The notes beneath the pieces are model-generated. The model had not been told where the DNA came from, made no database searches, and was given only the letters and a program-made list of their open reading frames with translations. A DNA stretch of 64,000 nt from Pseudomonadota bacterium (GTDB taxonomy: Bacteria > Bdellovibrionota > UBA1018): NCBI GenBank assembly GCA_027485695.1, contig JAIXQO010000004.1, positions 194,408 through 258,407 of the forward strand, read 5' to 3'. Positions 56,449-64,000 of this stretch are shown piece by piece. The translations under genes and the position numbers were made by a program. Within the stretch, counting starts at the first letter, position 1; the number at the start of each line of letters is the position of its first letter.

Positions 56449-57066
56449 CTATTGGACGGTCTTCTTAGCTTGAGCGGTCGGGAGGATGCCCGCTTCTTTG
56501 AGTGTACGTTCGGCGCGACCGCTTCCGGTACGAATCCAATACTCGTACATCTGGAGGAGATTCTTTTCGTTTTTGAGTGATGTCTGGTCGCTGATCTCGG
56601 CCAAGAGATCTACGAACATCGAGAATCGATCAGCCAATTCCGTAAATATGGGTCGAAGCTGCGCTTCTGCCTGCATGACCGCAACACGCTGGTAAGCGAT
56701 CCCACCCATGTCGATGTAGTAGTCGAGGTCGACGAGCTTACGATTCAAGCTATCTTGAAAAAAACCCGCCATGTAGAGAGAAACATCTCCCACTTGGCGA
56801 AATAGAGCTCGTTGCTGGCTGGGAGTCGCTTCGGCCTCGAAAGCCTCTTTGATCATGAACGCCAGAGGCTCTTCCTTGGATTGGCCGTTGGCATCCTTAG
56901 GATATAAAGCATCGGTGACCATAAACTGCTGAAGCAAATTCAGGAGGTAAACTTCGGTTTCGGGTCGAGGTTTCACTCGGCTACGGCCGATCGCTTGTTT
57001 CAATAACTCGTGAAAATACTCAGCAGGTTCAGCAACCAGTTTCAGCGATTTCGAAGACTCATCCAT
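56449..57066 (-). CDS. Conserved hypothetical protein
   Basis: RQVGDVSLYMAGFF..SL......YYIDMGG.AY pattern, which I recall from a widespread uncharacterised family. Confidence 0.8.
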   Translation of the reverse strand: MDESSKSLKLVAEPAEYFHELLKQAIGRSRVKPRPETEVYLLNLLQQFMVTDALYPKDANGQSKEEPLAFMIKEAFEAEATPSQQRALFRQVGDVSLYMAGFFQDSLNRKLVDLDYYIDMGGIAYQRVAVMQAEAQLRPIFTELADRFSMFVDLLAEISDQTSLKNEKNLLQMYEYWIRTGSGRAERTLKEAGILPTAQAKKTVQ

Positions 57067-57138
57067 TCGCAGAAAATCCCTTTCTTAAGAGCCTAATTTC
57101 TATTGTAAGCCGAGGTACGGCTCTGTCAAACTGTGGGC

Positions 57139-57795
57139 ATGTCATTCTCTACCCACACCGGAATCCGCGTCACCAGTCTGGCGCTATTGCTCGCCGCGCG
57201 CTTAGCCATCGCGGCCAAGCCGATTCCGTCCGGGGTAGAGGTCGATTTACTGGGTCGTCCTTGCCTACTGAAGGGCCCCTTCTCCAAGGCCGTGTTACTT
57301 TCCGTGCATCAAATGGGTCCGGAGAAAATCACCCCAAACCTGACTCCCAAAGAAATGGAGCAGATCGCAAAACAGGCAGCTTCTTCCAAGTCCCTCCCTC
57401 CGGCGCTTTCGGCCTACCGGGATCGACTCGTGAAACGACTCCGAGCCCAGGTTGCTTACGATAAATCGCTTACGGATCTGAAAAAGAAGCCCTACAACCC
57501 GGAACTTTCAGAGCTCTTCGTCAAAGGTCTCAAAGAACACATGAACGCGACGCGATTCCCGCTTTTCCGGGATGAGATCCGAAACCTTTTCTCGAAAAAC
57601 ACGAAAAAGACGCTCACCCCGGAATTCCTCGAAAAAATCAAAGAAACCGTCACGTCTTACATCGAACCGGATACTGAAGAGGAATTCCATAAAGCGATCC
57701 GAACCTCAGATATCCGCTATGAATGCCATTTCGGCGAAGAGCTCGACGACCCTCACGGCGAAGACGCTGAAGAAGACAAAAACACCCGGCGTTGA
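57139..57795 (+). CDS. Secreted hypothetical protein
   Basis: Signal peptide, helical body, acidic tail. Confidence 0.7.
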   Translation: MSFSTHTGIRVTSLALLLAARLAIAAKPIPSGVEVDLLGRPCLLKGPFSKAVLLSVHQMGPEKITPNLTPKEMEQIAKQAASSKSLPPALSAYRDRLVKRLRAQVAYDKSLTDLKKKPYNPELSELFVKGLKEHMNATRFPLFRDEIRNLFSKNTKKTLTPEFLEKIKETVTSYIEPDTEEEFHKAIRTSDIRYECHFGEELDDPHGEDAEEDKNTRR

Positions 57796-57996
57796 TGGCC
57801 AACTACCCTTCGTTCCACACCATTTTATCCCTCATTCCACGAAAAATTTAAGTTCCAAACTGTAGACGATCTTGCGTGGTCAACTTTCTTACCCTAAGTT
57901 CACGAACGCGACAGGTCGGACGTTTTTCGAAACACCCGGCGCCGCTCGCGACTCTTTAATCACAGACCATTTTCAAACGCTTCTCAAGGAGCTCCC

Positions 57997-59760
57997 ATGA
58001 GTCCGTTCTCAAAATCGAGGATCGGCAAGACCGCAAGTCTTTTGCCGATCTTCACTGCCGCAGTCTTTTCATTCTCTGCTTTTTCAGCTGATCCGCCGAA
58101 AACCGTCGCTCAGTACTGGAATGAAACTGGTTTCAAGATGTCGATCTTCGAAGATTTCTTCTTGCCCACCTGTAACCAGACGCTCGCCGGCTTCAGCGCC
58201 TGTTACAAAGCTGCACAGTCCTTGGCGAAAATGGGCAAGCCCGCTCTGTATCTGGCCGACCCGACCGAGATCGCTGAGCTTCTGCCCCTCTACACCGCAA
58301 AAAAAATCGAAGACGTCACCGCTCAAACTGCCCTCTATGAATTGACGGAGATTGATCACTCGAAACAACCGTTCACGAACGAACAATACAACCGGATCAA
58401 CAAACAAGTTCGTGCTGCTAGAATCAATTTCGTCATCAAGAGTTTTCCGATGGCCCAAGTTACGCCGGTGCCATTCACAAAACTCCACAAAAACCTGATG
58501 GCGCGTATACGTCCCGAGCTCCAGGGAGAAAAACTCGAAGCCTACGTTGCGTCCACCCTTTTTAACGCCGGCATCGGAGAATTTTTCGATCCCCATGCGC
58601 ATATCGACGCGAACGCGATTTTCGATATCGAAAACGATGATCGAAGAGTTTTCTACGGTATCGGCTCGTTTCTGAAAAAAACCGACCAAGGATTGGAGAT
58701 CACTGGAATTACCAAAGACAGCCCATCGATGCGCGCAGGCCTCAAGCGCAAGGACATCATCACCACGATCAATAACAAATCCATTGTCGGTATGCCATAC
58801 GTGGAAACACTCCCGCTCATCCGTGGCGAAAAAAACACGGTCGTGAAATTCAATATCGTTCGTGCCGGCCAACCTCTTGAAATCGAGGTAAAGCGCGGAG
58901 AAATCAAAAATCCGAATTTCTCCTACGAACTCTCAACTGACGGACCTATCAAAATCGGATACATGAAACTAAACACTTTTATGGATAACCCGGGCGTTGA
59001 GGCGGGCACCGACATCAAAACCTCGATCAAAGTGAGGGAGGCGATCCAAGATCTCGAGAAACAAGGTGCCCAGGGTTTCATCCTCGATCTCCAAGACAAT
59101 CCAGGCGGACTACTGGATATGGCGGTTGAAATCGGCGGCCATTTCGTCGGTAAGAAAACCATCGTTGAGCAGCACGAGCCGATCTCAAACGAGCTCAAGA
59201 AGAGACACGATGCACCCGAAGATGCGGTCACCAAACTCCCGCTGGTGATCTTGGTTGACGCGGGGTCCGCGAGTGCTTCCGAACTTCTAGCCGGTGCGAT
59301 GCAGGACTATAATCGTGCCCTGATCGTCGGGGCGCGGTCCTTCGGCAAAGGTACGGTCCAAGGAGTCGGCGATTTCTCCAAAGTCCTCCCATTTTTCGGG
59401 ATCCAAGAGGACAAAGTCCTGATCCGAAAAACGATCTCTCGTTTTCACCAGCCAAGCGGCCGAACGAACCAGTTCAAGGGAATCATTCCGAATATCGCGG
59501 TTGGCACAAAACCAGGAGTGGACGAAGACGACAGCGCCCTTCGCGAAGAAGACTACTACATGAGCGTCTCCGCGACGCAAACGACCGGCGGCGATTGGAA
59601 AGAGCCGAATCCACGCAAGATCCGTTCACTGCAGCGTTGCGTGGAGCGCAAAGGTACCCGCACCAAAGCCTACGATGAACTCGAGAAAGCAGCTCCTTAC
59701 AACGAGCCGAACTTGCGACGTTTGTACGCCGAAGACGTGATCTACTGCTTGAGTAACTAG
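57997..59760 (+). CDS. S41A C-terminal processing peptidase (CtpA/Prc) with PDZ domain
   Basis: DPH, GIG PDZ loop, LDLQDNPGGLL, SASASE, SFGKGTVQ. Confidence 0.95.
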   Translation: MSPFSKSRIGKTASLLPIFTAAVFSFSAFSADPPKTVAQYWNETGFKMSIFEDFFLPTCNQTLAGFSACYKAAQSLAKMGKPALYLADPTEIAELLPLYTAKKIEDVTAQTALYELTEIDHSKQPFTNEQYNRINKQVRAARINFVIKSFPMAQVTPVPFTKLHKNLMARIRPELQGEKLEAYVASTLFNAGIGEFFDPHAHIDANAIFDIENDDRRVFYGIGSFLKKTDQGLEITGITKDSPSMRAGLKRKDIITTINNKSIVGMPYVETLPLIRGEKNTVVKFNIVRAGQPLEIEVKRGEIKNPNFSYELSTDGPIKIGYMKLNTFMDNPGVEAGTDIKTSIKVREAIQDLEKQGAQGFILDLQDNPGGLLDMAVEIGGHFVGKKTIVEQHEPISNELKKRHDAPEDAVTKLPLVILVDAGSASASELLAGAMQDYNRALIVGARSFGKGTVQGVGDFSKVLPFFGIQEDKVLIRKTISRFHQPSGRTNQFKGIIPNIAVGTKPGVDEDDSALREEDYYMSVSATQTTGGDWKEPNPRKIRSLQRCVERKGTRTKAYDELEKAAPYNEPNLRRLYAEDVIYCLSN

Positions 59761-59774
59761 CAGAGGCTGACGCG

Positions 59775-60371
59775 CTAGGACCTCGCTCGAAGCGTATCGA
59801 TCAACTCAAAGACGCCGGAACGGATCATAGACACCGAGATTGCGACCAGGAGAAGTGCCGCAATCTTGGAGAGGACGACCGTTCCGTCTTTACCCAATAC
59901 GCGAGCAACCTGATGGCCGTTCTTCAGTACGATCCACGCGATCGCGTAGTTGAGGATCAGGGATGCAAGCGTGATGAGATATCCATTCACGTCAACCTGA
60001 AGAATCAACGTCGTTAAAATCGCCGGTCCCGTGATGAGTGGAACGGCGAGCGGAACAATCCCCGTCGAGCCCGAGGAACGTTGGTGGGAATCTGGCCCCC
60101 CCAGAAGATCTGCGAGCGAAATCAGAAGCAGAATCAATCCGCCGGCGATCTTGAAATCCGGAATACTGATGCCGAGATGATGAAAAATCGCGCGACCAGC
60201 GAATGTGAACACGATCGCTAAAATCAACGCAACGCCCATCGAAGTATTCACGATGCGCTTACGTTCCTCGTTACCCAGCATCTGCGTCAGCGACAGGAAG
60301 AGCGGCAATATTCCGATGATATCAAGAGCAACAAACAGCGCGGTGAATGAAATCAAAAAAGACGACATCAT
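59775..60371 (-). CDS. MarC family membrane protein
   Basis: LFVALD, FKIAGGLILL, IVPLAVPLITGPA. Confidence 0.93.
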   Translation of the reverse strand: MMSSFLISFTALFVALDIIGILPLFLSLTQMLGNEERKRIVNTSMGVALILAIVFTFAGRAIFHHLGISIPDFKIAGGLILLLISLADLLGGPDSHQRSSGSTGIVPLAVPLITGPAILTTLILQVDVNGYLITLASLILNYAIAWIVLKNGHQVARVLGKDGTVVLSKIAALLLVAISVSMIRSGVFELIDTLRARS

Positions 60372-60383
60372 CTCAATTTCTTC

Positions 60384-63032
60384 CTATCCAACAGTAGACG
60401 TCACCAGCGGAGCATCGAGCAACAACCGACGAGCGAGGTTACAGACATCTCGGGCCGTGACTTTTTCAATCGAGCGCGCGATATCCGCCTCTGTTTTAAA
60501 TGGCAGACGATAGACTTCCTCTAAGGTGAAATAGCTGGCCATCGACGAATCACCTTGAAGGTCCATCGCACGGCGACCGAGGTAGAACTCTTTTGCACGG
60601 CGCATTTCTTTTTCAGTCGGGCCCTTTTTTACTAAGTCCTCGATCACTTTGCGCATGCCTTCGACTGCCTCAACGCGTTTTCCAGGGGAGCAAGCGATAT
60701 AGGTACCCACATATCCATTTTCCATGCCCTCCATGGAGACCGGAGCAATGGAATAGGCTAAGCTTTTCTTCTCGCGAAGCTCAATGAAGAGTCGACCGCT
60801 CTGACCACCTAAAATATTCGAGAGCACCCGCAGTGGGAGACGATCGTCGTCACCGAGTTTCAAACCCAGACCGCCAGTGAGCAAGTGAACTTGCTCGCGC
60901 CCAAGTTTTCTCTCGACCCACCTTGGAGCGACCAGTTCATTTTCTCGGGGAACTTCTGGAATCAATCGATTCTTACCGGAGGCGAAGGACTTTAAGCTTT
61001 CGTCGAACTGCTTCAAGAACGCTTCAAAATCCTTGCGGTTGATATTGCCCACCATGCTCACCACGAGATTCTCGGGCTGGACCCAGCGGCGATGGAACTC
61101 TTTGAGCGTCGCGGAATCCATTCCTTCAACGCTCTCTAAAGTCCCTTGCGTGAACTTGCCATAAGGATGTTTCTCAAAAAGCGTCTCCATGAACAATTTC
61201 GAACAGAGCGCAGACGAATGATCCTCGATGCCACGAATCGTGTCCTGAGCCAACCGTTTCGCATGCGCGAGTTCTTCTTCGTTGAAACTCGGCTCCAGTA
61301 AAACTTCTTGATAGAGCGAGGAGAGCTTGGACCAATCCCGTGCTAGGCCGACCAGGGTTAACCCAACCGTATTTCGTCCTGCGAATCCATCCATTCCGGC
61401 GGCGGAGCCTTCGATGATCGAGGTGATTTGTTTGGCCGTTTTTGAGTGAGTACCTTTGTTCCAGGTTGCGGCAAGTAACGGGCTTGCTCCGAGATCTTGC
61501 TGCGCGGAACGAACTGGGTCTACGGTTTCCAGGCGAGTTCCGCCCAAAACTGCGGAGTAGATGCTCATCAAGTGCGAATTCGGGCGATCGCGGTAAAGGA
61601 TCGTCGCACCGGACGGGAGGCGAATTTTTTCCGGAATCAAATCGAACGAAGAACCTTTCTTCGTTCGACGCGCGCTCGGCGCTTCCTGAGGCTGAGATGC
61701 CGTCAAGGTATCCCGAGCGATCTTCTCAAACGGAGCCGTCGTGAATCCTTCAGTCGCTTTTGGAATCATGAATGCGCCGGTCATCCGATCCAAAGTCAGA
61801 TATTTCTCTGCGATCGCACGCAGCTGATCCGGTGTCACGGAACGAATCGCATCCAAGTAACGGCGATCAAACTCTCGGTCGTTGACTTGGAATTTTAAGA
61901 ACCCAAGACGTCCGGCAACTCCGTCGGCGGTTTGCGCTGCGTAGAAACGCTCGCTCTCTTGGTTGACCGCGACCCGCGCGATTTCCTCGTCCGTTGGACC
62001 GTGTTCCTGAATGCGGCGGATTTCTTCACACATTCCTTGAAACGCCGGTTCTAGCTTTTCGAGGTTTTCGCAGTCGAGCGCGAAATACAGCATGCCTGGA
62101 TCTTTGGGTACGTAGGTTCCGCCATTTACATCAGTGACGACGCTCTCCTGATAGAACAATCGTTGGTACAAGCGGGACATCTCACCCATTGCAAGCACGC
62201 TCGCCAGCAGATCAATGGCAGGTAGATCTTCGTGCTTGAGATCAGGGATCCTGAAAGCCACGCATGCGGATGGCGTTTTCACGTCAAACTTGCGAGTCGA
62301 GAATTTGAGTTTCGAATTTTCTGGTTTCTCTGACAGTCGAGGGAGTGAATAAGGCGCTTTTTTCTTGAGCACCTTGGATCCGAACCGCTTCTCCAAGAGC
62401 GCGAGGATTTTTTTCTTACGGGCATCATCGAATGGCCCCACGAGCACGAGCCCCATATTGCCGGTCACGTACTGTCGACGATAGAACGCCTCGAGATCCG
62501 AAACGCTCGCCGCCTTGAGCGTACGCGCGAAACCAATGACTGGACGACCGTAAGGGTGTTTGGAGTAAACGTTCGAGAACAGATCCTGGAACAGCATGCG
62601 GTTCGGGCTATCCTCACCTCGCTTGAGTTCTTCTAAGATCACCTCGCGCTCGCGAACGAAATCTTCTTTCAGGAATCTTTGTGGTCGCGCCATCTCTCCG
62701 AAAACATCGAGAATCTTCTCCCAGTGATGAGACGCTACGGTGACGTGATAAACAGTTTGATCGAATGAGGTATAGGCATTGACGTCGCCTCCGAAACTCT
62801 CGATCGCACGAGCCAGCGCGCCGGTCGAAGCCTTGCCACTCGCCTTGGCGTCGGTGTCTTTGAAATGCATGTGCTCGAGGAAATGCGCAAAACCAGCTTC
62901 TTTGGGTTTTTCGTCAGCACTTCCTGTATTGATCCACCAATAGATCGAAGCCACCGGCCCATCGAAATTTTGAAAAAGGACCGGGATACCATTCGAGAGC
63001 GTCAGTTCTTCGGGCGTGAATAGCTTGGACAT
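60384..63032 (-). CDS. M16 zinc peptidase (fused two-module form)
   Basis: GFAHFLEHM (HxxEH), NAYTSFDQT, HPYG twice, RLFIELREKKSLAY. Confidence 0.95.
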   Translation of the reverse strand: MSKLFTPEELTLSNGIPVLFQNFDGPVASIYWWINTGSADEKPKEAGFAHFLEHMHFKDTDAKASGKASTGALARAIESFGGDVNAYTSFDQTVYHVTVASHHWEKILDVFGEMARPQRFLKEDFVREREVILEELKRGEDSPNRMLFQDLFSNVYSKHPYGRPVIGFARTLKAASVSDLEAFYRRQYVTGNMGLVLVGPFDDARKKKILALLEKRFGSKVLKKKAPYSLPRLSEKPENSKLKFSTRKFDVKTPSACVAFRIPDLKHEDLPAIDLLASVLAMGEMSRLYQRLFYQESVVTDVNGGTYVPKDPGMLYFALDCENLEKLEPAFQGMCEEIRRIQEHGPTDEEIARVAVNQESERFYAAQTADGVAGRLGFLKFQVNDREFDRRYLDAIRSVTPDQLRAIAEKYLTLDRMTGAFMIPKATEGFTTAPFEKIARDTLTASQPQEAPSARRTKKGSSFDLIPEKIRLPSGATILYRDRPNSHLMSIYSAVLGGTRLETVDPVRSAQQDLGASPLLAATWNKGTHSKTAKQITSIIEGSAAGMDGFAGRNTVGLTLVGLARDWSKLSSLYQEVLLEPSFNEEELAHAKRLAQDTIRGIEDHSSALCSKLFMETLFEKHPYGKFTQGTLESVEGMDSATLKEFHRRWVQPENLVVSMVGNINRKDFEAFLKQFDESLKSFASGKNRLIPEVPRENELVAPRWVERKLGREQVHLLTGGLGLKLGDDDRLPLRVLSNILGGQSGRLFIELREKKSLAYSIAPVSMEGMENGYVGTYIACSPGKRVEAVEGMRKVIEDLVKKGPTEKEMRRAKEFYLGRRAMDLQGDSSMASYFTLEEVYRLPFKTEADIARSIEKVTARDVCNLARRLLLDAPLVTSTVG

Positions 63033-63203
63033 GAGTTCAGTGTATCTGAAATTCCCACTGAGATCCGATAGATAAAGATGATCGCATCATGAATGATTCC
63101 CGCGTTTACATCGCCTTGAGTACTCATCATCCCCAAGGAGCGCTTCTCTACCGCCAAAAACCAAGCGCCCGGCTACGGACTATGGTAAAACCCACGTCAT
63201 TCT

Positions 63204-64000
63204 ATGCGTTCCCTTTATATTCATTTCCCATTCTGCGAGACCAAATGTCACTACTGTGACTTTTACTCAATTGGCCGGGAGAAAACGCGCCCCGAGGATG
63301 CGGGTACATTCGAGAAATCGTTAGTCGCGGAATCTAAACGCGAGGCACATCGTCTCTCGTCTCAAATCAATACTATTTTTTTCGGTGGTGGAACACCGTC
63401 GATGACAGATCCAGATTCCATGGCACGTGCCATCGAGCCGCTGCAGTTGGGGAATCGCGTTCACGCTGCAACCGAGTGGACGATGGAGGCAAACCCATCG
63501 TCGGTCGACCGCGACCGGATCAAGGAGTACAAGAAACTGGGTGTGAATCGCATCTCCATGGGCGTGCAGTCACTCAATGACGAACGACTCGTGGCGCTCG
63601 GCCGCGTGCACGGAGAATCGCAGGCACTCTCAGCGCTCGATGAGCTTTTCTCTGCGGGCTTTAAAAATGTATCGGTAGATCTCCTTTGCGGTGTCCCTGA
63701 CCAATCGGACGAAGAGCTCGAAGCGGCCATGAAGCGCCTGTTATCGTTCCCGATCACGCATTTAAGCTGCTATTTGCTGACTTTGGTCAAAGGCCACGCC
63801 ATGTACAAGAAACTCCCGGACGAAGACACGCAGCTGCGCCACTTACTTCTGATCGACCGAGTGATGCGTGAAAACGGGTTTGAACACTACGAAATTTCGA
63901 ACTTCTGTAAGCCGGGATTCGAAGCAAAACATAACCTCGCCTACTGGAAGCGACAGGGATACCTCGGACTGGGTCCGAGCGCGCACTCTTACGACGATCA
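63204..64000 (+). CDS. hemW: Radical SAM heme chaperone HemW / HemN-like (partial)
   Basis: Manual translation from ATG 63204: MRSLYIHFPFCETKCHYCDFYS...FFGGGTPS...EANP...RISMGVQS...YEISNF...HNLAYW...GLGPSAHS. Confidence 0.9.
   Translation, partial: MRSLYIHFPFCETKCHYCDFYSIGREKTRPEDAGTFEKSLVAESKREAHRLSSQINTIFFGGGTPSMTDPDSMARAIEPLQLGNRVHAATEWTMEANPSSVDRDRIKEYKKLGVNRISMGVQSLNDERLVALGRVHGESQALSALDELFSAGFKNVSVDLLCGVPDQSDEELEAAMKRLLSFPITHLSCYLLTLVKGHAMYKKLPDEDTQLRHLLLIDRVMRENGFEHYEISNFCKPGFEAKHNLAYWKRQGYLGLGPSAHSYDD

Noticed and set aside
63089..63259. Short ORF upstream of and overlapping hemW
   Set aside because: About 56 aa with no RBS or motif, and out of frame with hemW; likely spurious.
1..64000. 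tRNA, rRNA, CRISPR array, transposase, integrase or prophage
   Set aside because: None recognised. Intergenic gaps are short and show no spaced direct repeats or cloverleaf signatures (by eye only).

Overview
Gene-dense bacterial chromosomal window, probably from a Bdellovibrionota/Oligoflexia-type (deltaproteobacteria-like) organism. This is inferred from the pilin type, pilGHI and gene order, not from a search. The left half (1-32 kb) is a type IVa pilus supercluster in myxobacterial order: ribF-pilB-pilT-pilC-pilR ... pilA ... pilG-pilH-pilI-pilD-(FimT-like)-pilMNOPQ-TPR-efp-accB-accC-TPR-tamB. It departs from the usual layout in three ways. (1) pilS is missing and PilR has no receiver domain. 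(2) pilA is on the opposite strand and is accompanied by four GT-C-type membrane glycosyltransferase genes (a TMTC-like tandem pair, a double GT87-like fusion and a further GT-C) plus a class A beta-lactamase-fold hydrolase, forming a candidate pilin glycosylation island. (3) A signal-peptide-bearing AvrB/Fido-like ORF with an in-frame TAG lies between ribF and pilB. The right half holds glutamine synthetase III, a moxR-DUF58-bat operon behind a ~1260-aa lipoprotein, dnaB, rplI, DUF2232 and rpsF (S6:S18-type leader but no rpsR). It also holds a TetR locus with two identical operators and secreted orphan proteins, tatC, a cyclophilin, S41 and M16 peptidases, marC and a partial hemW. I saw no rRNA, tRNA, CRISPR array or mobile element. 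All family assignments come from motif recognition by eye.
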